DNA from: the human T2T-CHM13v2.0 reference genome, Homo sapiens
Length of the DNA: 64,000 nucleotides
Reading direction: 5' to 3' (one strand)
Assembly (NCBI RefSeq): GCF_009914755.1
Contig: NC_060931.1
In this document: one piece after another, positions 1-13,384 of the stretch
Layout: each line of letters begins with the position of its first letter
Position numbering within the stretch: position 1 is the first letter of the stretch
Made by a program: the position numbers and the translations under genes
Notes under the pieces: generated by a model
What the model was told of the DNA's origin: nothing
Databases searched by the model: none
Seen by the model: the letters and a program-made list of their open reading frames with translations, nothing else

Positions 1-29
1 GAAAAGTAAGTCCCGCTTCCAATTCTGAC

Positions 30-840
30 CACTCCCTCCCCAGTGTGCCCCTTCCCAGAGGCAGTCACTATTACTCACTTTTTGTTTTGCCTTCCAGATA
101 CGTACAGGCCCATGTGTATGTCCCTTGTAACCAAGGGGTAGCATGATATTCACATTGTCTGAGACTTTAATGTGTTTCATTTAATAATACGTCATGGGGA
201 TCTTCCCGTATGAAAATGTGTAGGTGCTCTTCATTCTGTTAAATGGCTGCGTTGTATTCCATTATATGTGGAAGTACTTGTATTAGTTTCCTATTGTTTC
301 CATAACAAACCATTGCGAATATTGTGGCTTAAAACAATACATATTTATTATCTTATGGTTCTGGAAGTGAGAAGTCCAAAATTGGTCTCACTGGGTGGAA
401 ATCGAGGTGTCCTCAGGAATGCATTCTTTCTGGAGGCTCTAGGGCAAAATCCATTTTCTTGCCTTTTCCAATGTCTAGAGGCTGCCCCCATTCCTTGGCT
501 CATGGCCCCCATTCACCAATCCTATCGTTGTGACTTTTGTGTCTGTCATCACATCTCATTCTCTCTGGCTCTTACACTCCTCCCTTGTGATTACATTGGG
601 CCCTCCTGGATCAACCAGGATAATAGTCTCCCCATGTCCAGATGCTTAATCAAGATCCAGCTGAAATGTCTCTTTTGCCATGGAAGGTATTCACAGATTC
701 CCGGGATTAGGATGTGGACATCTTTGCAGGGGACACTATTCTGCCTACCACAGTATCCTGGTTTATTTTATCTGTTTCCTACATATGAGCTTTTAGATCA
801 TCTTTTATGACAAGCAGTGCTTCAGTGACTATCCTTCATT
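30..840 (-). mobile_element. Old L1M(E-like) 3' fragment, split by an MLT1 LTR
   Basis: Antisense L1 3'UTR-type motifs (aatggctgc..gtattccattatatg before the LTR; tttatttta..gacaagcagtgcttcagtgactatcctt after it). Confidence 0.55.
279..752 (-). mobile_element. MaLR solo LTR (MLT1C/D-like)
   Basis: tgtattagtttcct ... tggcttaaaacaa ... ctggaggctctaggg ... ctattctgcctaccaca; TG/CA ends; degenerate TSD gtact/gtatc. Confidence 0.85.
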
Positions 841-1034
841 TTGCTTGAGGAACTCTGAATGCACAATATCACTAAACCATTTAGAAGGTAATATAATTTA
901 CTCTCTTATCTGTGATTGCTAGGATTGGATCCTTGACTTTAACAAAGACTCTGAGTCTCAGGAAGTGGTTTTATATTCATGGAACTGAAATAATTTATTT
1001 GGTTAAAAACCCAATACTCTAAAGCTGTGGCTAC

Positions 1035-1208
1035 TTTAATTTAAATTTAGGTAATTCAAAATTAAATAAAATTAAATATTTAGTTTCTCAGTCACACTAG
1101 CCACATTTCAAGTGCCCAGTAGCTACATGTGGCTAGTGACTGCCACATTAGAAAATACAGATATAGAACAGTTCCTTCATTGCAAAAAAATTCCATTGTA
1201 CAGTGTTG
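1035..1208. mobile_element. hAT-Charlie MITE (MER3/MER33-like)
   Basis: cagtcacactagccacatttcaagtgcccagtagctacatgtggctagtg. Confidence 0.85.
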
Positions 1209-1278
1209 GTACAACGTGATCTTTTAATCCACTATCAAATTAGGACCAATCTGTTGCCTGGACTGCATTTAACTCATT

Positions 1279-1639
1279 CCTATAGAGTGAATGTTTATGT
1301 CCCCTAAAATTCATGTTTTGAAACTTGATCCCCCAGGTAGTAGTATTAGAAGGTAAGGCCTTTGGGAGGTGATTAGGTTATGAGGGCAGACCCTCATGAA
1401 TGGAATTACTGACCTTATAAAAGAGACCCCGGAGAGCACCCTCACCCCTTCCTATCTCTATGTGAGGGCACAGTGAGAAGGAGCCATCTACAAACAAAGA
1501 AGTGGGTCTTCACATTCTGCTGATGTCTTGATCTTGGACTTCCCAGCCTCTAGAACTGTGAGAAATAAATATAAACGGTTGTTTACAAGCCACTCGGTCT
1601 TTGATATTCTGTTATTGCAGCCTGAATAGACTAAAACAC
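1279..1639 (+). mobile_element. MaLR solo LTR (MLT1A0-like)
   Basis: tgaatgtttatgtcccctaaaattcat ... ttgatcttggacttcccagcctctagaactgtgagaaataaa ... gactaaaaca. Confidence 0.85.
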
Positions 1640-2032
1640 CACTAATTCAATTAATATTTATTAAATGCCTACATCGTATGAAGCATTGCATCTCCTAGAT
1701 ACTCCAGGGATACAAGGACTTTTTTTTAAAGGATCCTGTCTCAGGTACATCACATATCAATGGAGGAAAACAGAAATGTTTTCTGGACTTGCCCCAGGAA
1801 CACCAACCAACTATAACCAAGAAAATAACAAGTACGATAAGTTCCAAAAGAACTTAGAAGCACAAAAGAAGTACATATATTGTGTGAGTAATCCTGGAGG
1901 CAAGAATATATAAATTCTTTTCTGATCTTTAAAAATAGCTTGGTCATTGTCCATTGTTCTGATGCTTTTGAAATATTGAAATATTCATTGACATTTGATA
2001 TGTAAATAATACAATGAATAAGATTTAAAGGC

Positions 2033-2282
<250 letters not shown>

Positions 2283-2319
2283 TTAAATAAGGCTCTTAAT
2301 AAGGCATTATAGAGAAGCA

Positions 2320-2550
2320 ATTACAGCACAGATTCTGGAAAGGGACTGCACAGGGTTCAAATCTAGATTCTGCTGTTTACCAGCTATGTGACCCTGGGCA
2401 TGTTACTTAACTCTTCCGGGCCTCACTTTTCTCATCTGTCAACTTGGCTCTTATCTCACAAAGTTGTTATGAAGATTAAAAGAGTTAATGTCTGTAAGTA
2501 CTTAGGATGGGGCCTGGCACTTAGTACTAAGTGCCAGCCCTTATTATTTT
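2320..2550 (+). mobile_element. MIR SINE
   Basis: gggttcaaatct ... gtgaccctgggcatgttacttaac ... ctcatctgt ... gttgttatgaagattaaa. Confidence 0.85.
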
Positions 2551-2904
2551 CTAAACGTGAATAACTACAGTGCTGGAATTTGAGCAGCTCAGAATGAGTC
2601 TAAATGTTTCAATTGGTTCTGAACTGACCATAGAGGAGTTGGTAGTTTGTGGAAGTACTCTAGGCTCTGAGCAGTCAGTGAGATAGGTGTGATGTATGTG
2701 TGGTTGTCTTGACTCAGGTCCAAGCTGCCCTCCCTAGACTCCTTGAGGGACAGTGACACTAAAGAAATTTGCAAGCAGAAGGCCTGAGTTTCCAGTTTCC
2801 TCTCTGACATTCACTGAGAGGGAATTCTGCACTCTCATAGTAGTTAGTTATGGCCCGGTCATTTGTAAATTTGGCCAAATACTACCTCCTCATGTTCTAT
2901 GTGC

Positions 2905-3229
2905 TTCTTTTTTTCTTTTCTTTTCTTTTTTTCTTTTTTTTTTTTTTTTTGAGACAGAGTCTCTCTCTGTCGCCCGGCTCGATTGCGGTGCCGTGATCTC
3001 AGCTCACTGCAACCTCTGACTCCCTGGTTCAAGTTATTCTCCTGCCTCAGCCTCCCAAGTAGCTGGGATTACAGGCACGCACCACCATGCCCAGCTAATT
3101 TTTGTATTTTTAGTAGAGACAGGGTTTCACCATGTTGGCCAGGATGGTCCCCATCTCCTGACCTTGTGATCTGCCCCGCTCAGCCTCCCAAAGTGCTGGG
3201 ATTACAGGTGTGAGCCACTGCACCCAGCC
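2905..3229 (-). mobile_element. AluS (Sc-like)
   Basis: Full-length antisense Alu; atgtgctt on both flanks. Confidence 0.95.
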
Positions 3230-4450
3230 CCATGTGCTTATTTCTAAGTGAGATAAGTAATATGTCCTTTCATTGATTATGACGTCTCAATCTCTGAAAG
3301 ATACCCCCTCGCTACAGCCTAGAAATTCAGGTTTCTATGCTGGTTACAATTGCATTCATTTCAGTTATATTTGCCTTTGGATTTCTCCAATATTCCCACT
3401 GCTTGGAGTCTGTCTTCCTATGGCATTTGTGTCTTTCTGCCCTTTAGATCATTTTTTGTAGCCTCTGCCTTTTTCTCTCACCTTTCAAGTGATGCTGGTA
3501 CCCACCAGGATTGGTCTCACTAGATCATTAACAGAAACAATTAAAGGTTAGAAAACATTTAACAGATACAAAGCGCTATATAACTGTGAAATAATGCTTT
3601 GCACTATAAAATGCATATATCATTGCTTTTATTGCAATATGGGTTACCTGACTCATTTGTACCTACAAAGCCTACTTCTTAGGTACTAAATTCATCATGC
3701 AACATTTGGAAATATATATTATAAAAGCCATTTGTTGTACTGACTAACCACTTAGCACCTGCTTTTGAGTGTCTAGGGCTGTTGTTTATCTCCCTGCAAC
3801 TGCCAACTTCGATCTTAAAGCCAAACTACAGAACTTTAGATTGTTTTCAACAGAGAAGACGTTGGAAAAAAAAAAGAGTAAGGAAGTAAAACACACCATG
3901 CTGCTTATATTTTCCTTAATGCAAATTAGCTAGAGTTCTTCAGAAAAACAGGAAAGATGAATCAATTTACAGGGGGTCCCACTACAGTCTGTACTTCTGC
4001 TCTGAGGCAGTTTTCAGGCACCTCACTTGCACGAGTCCTACAAGACCCTGTGTCTAATGCTGTATTCTTTTTCTTAAAGAGTTCCCCCATCAGACGTATT
4101 AGCATCAAGCACCACAAAACCTCATATCCTCTGTTGGTGCCATAGTAATTATCACATTTGGCCACTGGCAGCTGCAATGTCAGGGTGGTGGGGGCAGAGG
4201 GGTGTGTGTTCTGTGCCAAGTGTTGATCTCTGCTGTGCAGAAGATAGTGCCCTACTTGGTCCAATTGTACATGGAGTTGCTGACCCAGGGCCTAGGACAC
4301 CATCTCTACTTTCATCAGGCAGCCCCTGTGGGCTGAGAACTCATTCCCTAAACTTCACTCCATATTTCTTCTTTAGAATCCTGCAGCTTTGAGAAGAGTG
4401 GCTCAAGTCAGTGAGAGAAGAGGCCATGTTTAGAAGCTATTCCTTTAATC

Positions 4451-4649
4451 CAGGGTTTCTCAACCTCAGTGCTACCGATATTTTGGGCACGATAATTATT
4501 TTTCTGGGGGGTTTCCTGTGTGTTACAGGATATTCAGCAGCATCTGTGGCTATTGTCCTGCTCCTGCCCCCCAAGCTGTGACAACCAAAATTGTCTTCAG
4601 GTAATGCCAAACGTCCCCTGGAGCAAAATCTCTATTCAAGAACTGGTGC
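4451..4649. mobile_element. MER20 (hAT-Charlie MITE)
   Basis: cagggtttctcaacctcag ... gtgacaaccaaaattgtc ... gccaaacgtcccctgg; ttaatc on both flanks. Confidence 0.85.
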
Positions 4650-4855
4650 TTAATCCAACATTCCAGTAAATACTCTCAGATGAAAACCCTCCTTTTCCCC
4701 TAAATAGCAAGATGCCCATCTGCTCATCTTGCTGCTCACAGGCAAGACTACTGCCACTCCAGTGCAGACAGGACTTCTGACTGGTTAATTCAACATCCAA
4801 AAGCCAATTAGTTCTTAACAGATGACATGATCTCATATGTAGAAAATCCCAAAGT

Positions 4856-4892
4856 ACACACACACATACACACACACACACACACTCACACA
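4856..4892. repeat. (CA)n microsatellite
   Basis: Direct. Confidence 0.95.
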
Positions 4893-5504
4893 ATTATTAG
4901 AACTAATACACAAGTTCAACAAGATTACAGGATACAAGATCAATAAACAAAAATCAATTGTATTTCTACAATTGATTTGAATAATTGAACATGAAATTAA
5001 GAAAACAATTCCAATGAATAATTGAACATAAAATTAAGAAAACAATGCCATTTACAATAGCATCACAGGGAACAAAATGCTTAGAATAAATTTAACAAAA
5101 GAAGTACAAAACTTGGACATGGAAAGCTATAAAATAAAACATTATTGAAAGAAAGTAAAGAAGACCTAACTAAATGGAAAGACATTTCATTAGAAGATTT
5201 AATATTGTAAAAAGGTAAAACTCCCCAAACTGATGTACGGCAATACTCCCCAAATTTAACAGCATAATCCTTAGAGAAATCCCAGCTGCTATTTTTTTTT
5301 GGCAGGAATTGATAAACTGATCCTAAAATTCATATAGAAATTCAAAGAACCCAGAATAGTTGAAAAAAATCTTGAAACAGAAGAACAAACTTGGAGAACT
5401 TAAACTTTTCCATTTTAAAATGTAAGCTTACAATAATCAAGCCAGGATGGTACGGGTACAAAGATGGACAGACAGTAGTCAATGGAATAGAATTGAGAGT
5501 CCTC

Positions 5505-5800
5505 GGCCGGGTGCGGTGGCTCACGTCTATAATCCCAGCACTTTGGGAAGACAAGGTGGGTGGATCACCTGAGGTCGGGAGTTCAAGACCAGCCTGACCA
5601 ACCAGGAGAAACCCTGTCTCTATTAAAAATACAAAATAAGCTGGGCGTGATGGCGCATGCCTGTAATCCCAGCTACTTGGGAGGCTGAGGAGGGAGGATC
5701 GCTTGAACCTGGGAGGTGGAGGTTGTGGTGAGCTCAGATCGCATCATTGCACTCCAGCCTGTGTAACAAGAGCGAAACTTCATCTCAAAAAAAAGGAAGA
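5505..5800 (+). mobile_element. AluS (Sp/Sq-like)
   Basis: 16-bp TSD agaattgagagtc(c/t)tc at 5489-5504 and 5801-5816. Confidence 0.97.
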
Positions 5801-7737
5801 AGAATTGAGAGTCTTCTTGTATTTATGGTCAAATGACTTTTCAACAAGGGTGCCAAGAGAGTCAACGACGGATCTCTATAATAGTCTTATCAACAAATGT
5901 TGCTGGAACAGCGGGATACCTACGTGCAAAAGAATTAAGTTGGACCCCTACTTCACACCATATACAAATTTAACTTAAAATGTATTAAAGACCTAAATGT
6001 AAGAACCAAAAGTATGAAACTTGTAAAAGATAACATAGAAGTAAATAGTCATGATATAGGATTAGGCAATGGTTTATTAGATTTGACCCCAAAAGCACAA
6101 GCAACAAAACAAACAAAAGCAAATACATTGGACATCATTTAAATTAAAAATTTTATACTTCAAAGGACACCATCAAGAAAATAAAGACAATCCACAAAAT
6201 GATGTAAAATGTTTGCAAATCATATATTTGACAAAGGACTTGTATCCAGAATACACAGAGATCACTTACAACTTAACAATTGAAAGATAATCCAGTTTTA
6301 AAAGAGACAAAGAATTTAAATAGATATTTCTCCAAAGAAGGTATACAAATGGCCAAAAAGCACATGAAAAGACGTTCAACGTCATTAGCTATCAGGAAAA
6401 TGCAAATCAAAACCACAATAAGATACCACTTCACACCCGCTAGGATGGCCGTAATTAAAAAAACAAAAACAAAAACAAAAAATCTGGCAATAACAAATGT
6501 TGGCAAGGATGTGGAGAAATTGGGGTCCTCATACATTGCTGGTGGGGATGTAAAATGATGCAACCACTTTGGAAAACAGTTTAGCAGTTCCCCAAAATGT
6601 TAAACATAGAGTTATAATGATCCCACAGTCCTATTTCTAGGTATTGAATTAAAATATGAGAATGAAATATGAGAAATATGAATGAGAGTTTGAAACACGT
6701 TTCTACAAACAAATGTTTATAGTAGCATTCTTCGTAATAGACACAAGTGGAAACAACACAAATGTCCATCAGCTGATGAATGGATAAATGCAATGTGCTA
6801 TACTGGTATACCCATACAACGGAATTTTATTCAACAATAAAAAGGAATTCAGGGCTGATACATGCCACATCAAGGATGAACCTTGGAAACATGCTAAATG
6901 AAATAAGTCACATACAAACAACCACATTTTGTACAATTTCATTGAATGAACTGTCCAGAATTGGCAAATCTATAGAGACAGAAAGTAGATTAATGGTTGT
7001 CAGGGACTGGGGGGATGGGGTAATGAAGAATGACTGCTAGTGGATATGGGGTTTCTTTTCGGAATGATAAAAATGTTATGGAAATAGTTAGTGGTGATGG
7101 TTGCACAATATTGTGAATATACTAGAAACCACTAAATTGTACATTTAAAAAATAAACTAGAAAAATGACAGAGCAATTGGAATGCAAAAAAATAAAAAAG
7201 TCAACCCTTGGCAGAAAAACAGGATTTCTATAAAAACCTCATCAGAGAGGGTCTTATGGAGAATAGAAGCTGGGGATGATGATAACCTAGCACCTCTTAG
7301 TAAGGGTTGGGGAAAATGCCTTTTCACCTTATCATACCAGCTGCACCAAGTATATCACAGGAAATGGCACTGCTGAAGGTCCCACCCTCTCCAACACCTC
7401 CCATGTTGTCTGGTCTATAAGTTAGTCTGATGAAACTTTAAGATCTCACAGGAGGGAGCCACTGATAAAACCCACAGGGAAAGGCCCAGAAAAAGACTTG
7501 CTTGCAAAGTATGATACACCAAGCGCCAGGAGCAATGGTGCAAGGATTACGTGCCTCCCTTATTCCCATAATGAAAATGAGGTTTCCGTCCAGGAACCGA
7601 ACCCACAACTTACTCCTAGTTTTTACCCGTTGTAGAAATCTACTTCCTTTTAGGTTTGCCCCTTGCCAATTACATCAGAATCAGGACTGCCCTCTTTTGC
7701 AGTTTATTTTAAATAGAGAAAAAAAGAAGGTAAAAGA

Positions 7738-7828
7738 ACAGTGCCAGGCACTGTCCAAGGCACTGGATAATACAACAATAAACAAAACAGAGCCAAATTC
7801 CTGCCCTTGTGGAACTTACATTCTAATC
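7738..7828 (-). mobile_element. L2 fragment
   Basis: gtgccaggcactgt ... cctgcccttgtggaacttacattcta. Confidence 0.75.
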
Positions 7829-7904
7829 GCTTGATGCCAACCTTTTTTCCAGGAGCGTGACATGTTTTTTATTTAAATTCATGCCACATTGTTATGATAT
7901 AGCT

Positions 7905-8060
7905 ACTATTATAATACGCATTACCCATGAGGAAAACTGGTGGAAATAATAGTCTTATCAACAAATGGTGCTGGGACAACGGGAGGCCTCATTACACCTC
8001 TAAACTCACACTGTAAGGGGTGGGCCAAGATTTGAACCCAAGCAACTCACTCTAGGAGCT
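7905..8060 (-). mobile_element. MIR fragment carrying a ~44-bp insert
   Basis: atgaggaaaactg|insert|aggc ... gatttgaacccaagca. Confidence 0.65.
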
Positions 8061-8079
8061 GACCACAGAACTGCTATGG

Positions 8080-8320
8080 CCACAGTTCCCAAACCAGGGT
8101 GCCCTAGAGGGCCACACAGAGGAAAGTCCTGCAGGATCTTTTACCTTTTGAGAGAAACACAGACCCATCTTTCAGGAACCACATTTACTACTACTATTCA
8201 GTTGTTTGGAATTAAACTAAAAAATAAAACCATTAGGTATTTCTTTTGACCTCGGGGTACTGTGAAATATTATGGAGATGCTAGAGGCACCATGAACTGA
8301 GAACACTTGGGAACTTCTTC
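8080..8320. mobile_element. hAT-Charlie-type MITE (subfamily not assigned)
   Basis: Inverted termini cagttcccaaac ... cttgggaactt. Confidence 0.55.
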
Positions 8321-8339
8321 ACTATGCTATTGGCTATTT

Positions 8340-8430
8340 ATATGTCTGGTACCTCCTCTAGACTGAGAACTCCTGAGAGCAGCCCGGCACACAGTAGGCA
8401 CAACAGCAGTGTTTGTCGAATGAAAGAAGA
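8340..8430 (+). mobile_element. L2 3' end
   Basis: ctagactgagaactcctgagagcag ... ggcacacagtaggca ... gtttgtcgaatgaa. Confidence 0.75.
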
Positions 8431-8564
8431 ATAGAATAGAAGTAAGAAGAGATTTATAAGGGAATTGGAGCTGAGATATGAGCAGCGGGGACAACAGAGA
8501 TAAGAAATGGGAGAAGAGGGTGCAACATTTGAAGAATAAAAATTATGTGGGGAACATAATACAG

Positions 8565-8822
8565 CAAAAGGCAGTACAGTGAAATTGTTAAGTTGTTGCT
8601 CTCTGAAGCCAGACTACCTGACTTTCAATCCCAGCTCTACTACATACTAGCTCTGTAATCTTGGGCAAGTTATTTAATTGCCCTTGGCCTCAGTTTTCTC
8701 ATCCATGACAGGGAGTTAGAGTTATTATGACTGGTTAAATGAGTCTACATGAATAGACTACTTGCAACACTGTCTAGCACACGGTAATTGTTTCATATGT
8801 ATTGTTTGATATCATTATTAGT
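8565..8822 (+). mobile_element. MIR SINE
   Basis: aatcccagctctact ... ttgggcaagttatttaa ... gcctcagttttctcatc. Confidence 0.85.
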
Positions 8823-8918
8823 ATTACTCAGGTTCTATTCAACCAGGTTTGTTTTTTCATAAATTTGAAGTCATTTGGACTCTAAGAGGATGGGACATCA
8901 GCCAAGCTGGTAGCAGCC

Positions 8919-9031
8919 AGGATGGCCCATTGTCCCCTTTAGCCTGGGACTGAGAGGTTTCCCTGGAGATGAGATTTTCATTGCTAAAACTGGGGAAAGT
9001 TTTGGGGAAACTGGGATGAGTTGGTCACCCT
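8919..9031. mobile_element. MER94 (hAT-Blackjack MITE)
   Basis: cctgggactgag ... gctaaaactgggg ... gagttggtcaccct. Confidence 0.75.
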
Positions 9032-10431
9032 AGTGGCTGTCACCTCTAACTCCTGAAGGCTTAATTTAATTGTAGGCTTATTCCTAGCTCAGGAGAGGTC
9101 AATTCCTTGGAGGCCCAGAAGAGGCGACAGTGAAGCATTCAGGTTGTGATGTGTCTGAGCCCCATGAGGCAAGGAGTGTGCAATTTAAGGCAGTAAGGCA
9201 TACATGATTTGATTTATGGCAACGTTCTAAGAACAGAGGAAAGGATCCGTCACTACCCACCTTCATAAGTGCACCAAGTTGCTCAAACACTTTATGTTTT
9301 TGAGAGTTTTCAGAGGAGGGGAAAAAGGGGAAATAATTGCTTTAATTAAATTTTATAGATAATTCAGATGACCTAAATATTATTGGACCATGTGAATGCA
9401 TACACCAAAAAAGCCTTCCTCCACTCCTGTCATCTAGCCAGCCAGCTCTCTACACACAGAAACATCCTTCCAAGAGTTCTTTAGCCACATGCAAGAAAAT
9501 ACCAATATATATTCTTATTTTTACCTTGTTTCTGGCATTAGAGACCTTAAAGGTGGCTGCAAGCATTCTGATCACTACAGAGGCTATGCTTTAAGAAACA
9601 TGCAGCCCAGAGTCAAGATCTAAAAGACTATTCCCCTTCTGAGTCCACTGACAAATTGAGGATTGGGACCTACAGAATTAAAGACAAGCCCCTAAGAGGC
9701 AGTGACTACATCAAGGCCCAGCTACCTGGCTGGCTACCTTCATAGAGGTCTCCTTTATCTCTTTACTCTCTTGCCTCCATAGAAGAACTGCAGTTTTTTA
9801 CATATTCATTGTCAAGATTCACAACCACTTTTACATAGAATTGTTGGTGGTCATTTCATTTTTATTTCCTTTGTCATATTGCCCATTCAGGATGCTTGAC
9901 ACCTCTCTCCCCCTACGCCTACAAGTTAACCTCATGATCCCCTTTATCTCAGTTTCTAACTGGTGGTTTTTGTTTTGTCGACTAATTCTACCTTTAGGTA
10001 CTTGAAACTCCTACCCCAAAAGTTATGTGGGATGGGGGAAAGATGCTGTAGGTGTGGGCTGGTTCACTCCAACATTTTGTCCAACCTCTGCCTTTGCCCT
10101 CGCGTGCCATTGCCCCACCCCTCTCTGCTTGCCATTCTTACGTCCTCTCTCTTTTTCTGTGTTTACTTCCTTCTCATATCTCAAACCTTCCACCTGAGTT
10201 CACTTACATTCTGACTGCTGTACCTTTAGAATTTCTTTGAATAAGGGACATCTAGTATTAAGTTGTGTTTTTCCTTTACAAATGTCTTTATTGCCTTCAT
10301 TACTGAAAGTTATTGTCACTGAGAAATATATACAACTCTGCATTGGTAGCTATTATCTTTCAGAATAATGAAAATATCATTTCTGTTAAATGTATTTTAG
10401 ACCTTATCACTTTACAGTCCAGGCATCTTAA

Positions 10432-10750
<319 letters not shown>

Positions 10751-11797
10751 CACTGAACCCATGGATACATTTTTCTGTATCTAATGCTACTGTTAAGCCC
10801 ATCTATTGAGTTTTTAATTTGAGTTATTGTTTTCATTCCTAGACATTCTAGACATTTCTAAACATTTAGTTCTTTTTCAACTATGCTAGATCACCTTTTA
10901 TATTTTCTATATCTGCAGAAATTTTTTCAAGCTTGTGTCTAATAATTCCAATACTTCAATTATTTGTGGGTCTGTTTCTACTTTCTATTGTTCCTGTTCT
11001 TGCTCATGATGCCTCATTTCCTGTGGTTGGTTATTTTTGGCTGTGTGCTTCTCATCACCTTAGAAAAGTTGTATGTGGGGGTTCTTTGAGGTCAAGGATA
11101 AAGGTGCCTCCTCTGTAGAGAATTTGTTTTTGTAGTTGCCGCATAAAAACTGTACTATTTAGCCTGGGATCACTTTAAATTCATGGCTTGAGGTTCTTGT
11201 GGACCACCCAGATGATGTAAATTTTAGGTAAAAATTTTTGTTAGAGCTAATTTGTAGTTAAAAAAAAAAAAAAAATCTCAGGATGGGGATTTCCCTCTTG
11301 TTCAGCTCAGCATAAAGGCAACTTCCTTTGCATTCCCCTGGAGATGGTGTTGGTGTTGGTTATATTTCTGGTCTTGGGGTACCTTGAGTGCTTTGATTTA
11401 TTTCCCTTCACCCCAACAAGTAGAATTTTGAAGTTGCTGGGACTGACAAATGATCTCAGGATAAAGATGGCTGCTGTGATCACTTATCTCTCTGGGTTCT
11501 CACTTTTGTTCAGATATCTTTTGTTATTTGTTGGATCTCCCTTGTCTTAAGGGCTAATTTAAAAATATTTTAGCCAGCATTTTAAATTGCTTTCAGTGGG
11601 AGGGTTGGTATGAATAACCTAGCTTGCCATTACCAAAAATAGCAGTACAATTTTTTAACAGCTGCATAATTTTCTATTGTATGCATATACCAGTGTTATT
11701 TAACCACTCTCCTATGATGGATATTTATGTTGTTTTTATGTTTTGTATTATAAATAATAGTGCAGCGAAAATTCTTCATCCACCATGTATGCATCAC

Positions 11798-11806
<9 letters not shown>

Positions 11807-11829
<23 letters not shown>

Positions 11830-11862
11830 GACACACACACACGCACACACAGGCACACACAC
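11807..11862. repeat. (CA)n microsatellite
   Basis: Direct. Confidence 0.95.
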
Positions 11863-12484
11863 ATCTTTCTGTATGGTAAGTGTTGAGAAGTAGATTTCAG
11901 GATCAGATTTTATTATACATTTTTCTTTTGTTTTTTACTTTTGAGAGCTATTAACAAGCTACACTCCAACATACTAGCAATGTAGGAGAGCTTCACCACA
12001 GCCTCGAATTTGGGGGAAGGCAGATAGTTCTTAAAGCTATGTTCTCAAATGCATGCCATCTTGGCTTGTCTAGAAATTGTGGCCACGAGATTGTGATCAA
12101 GGTGGGGACCTTCCTGGGTAGGACCACAGCTGCTTTCAAAACCTACCATAAGATGAGTATTAATTGAGGGCTCAATCATATCCTCAAGCCCCATAGTATC
12201 TGGACTTAAAAAAAATATAGTAAGCCCATTAAGGTTATTGACCAAGTTGGAATTTAATACCAATGCTGGTCTTTCAAAGATACAGTGCAGAGAGACCTGA
12301 ATGGCCTCTGAATTAGTGGGCTAGGGAACTACTTCTCCAAGAATGAAGTTGTCCACATAGCTCTGAAAGTTTTCTAGAAATTTTAGTCATGGAATAAGCT
12401 TTGTCTATTTTTAAAATGTGTGGATATTATTATTGATAAAGGCTCTAATCCAGGCAAAAGGAATAATTCTTAATCAATACCTAC

Positions 12485-13140
<656 letters not shown>

Positions 13141-13301
13141 AGTTAAGCATGGCTGAGGAATTGTTCATCCTATCTGATGTTAAACTGCCTAAAACTCTGA
13201 GTTAAAGAAAATATGGTGAGTGGAAACTTATTTCATAACTTACTTGCCTGCCTCTTCTCTACTTATTTTAATACAGTTCTTAAGGAGTCCATAGAGTGAT
13301 T

Positions 13302-13384
13302 TATAGGTTGGTGCAAAAAGAATTACAGTTTTTGCCATTGAAAGCAAAACCAAAAACCACAATTACTTTTGCACCAACCGAATA
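13302..13384. mobile_element. MADE1 (Hsmar1 MITE)
   Basis: taggttggtgcaaaa ... ttttgcaccaacc; ~80-bp inverted repeat. Confidence 0.92.

Larger units (their letters stand above)
4818..7155 (+). mobile_element. L1M(B-like) ORF2 3' part plus 3'UTR, interrupted by an Alu
   Basis: ORF 6280-6558 ([31 protein letters not shown]) matches the L1 ORF2p C-terminus; L1MB-type 3'UTR to ~7150. Confidence 0.92.

Noticed and set aside
268-810. 180-aa ORF
   Set aside because: Lies in the antisense strand of an MLT1 LTR; non-ATG start; no recognisable protein
7585-7605. B-box-like GGTTCGGTTCC on the - strand (tRNA?)
   Set aside because: No A-box or cloverleaf structure
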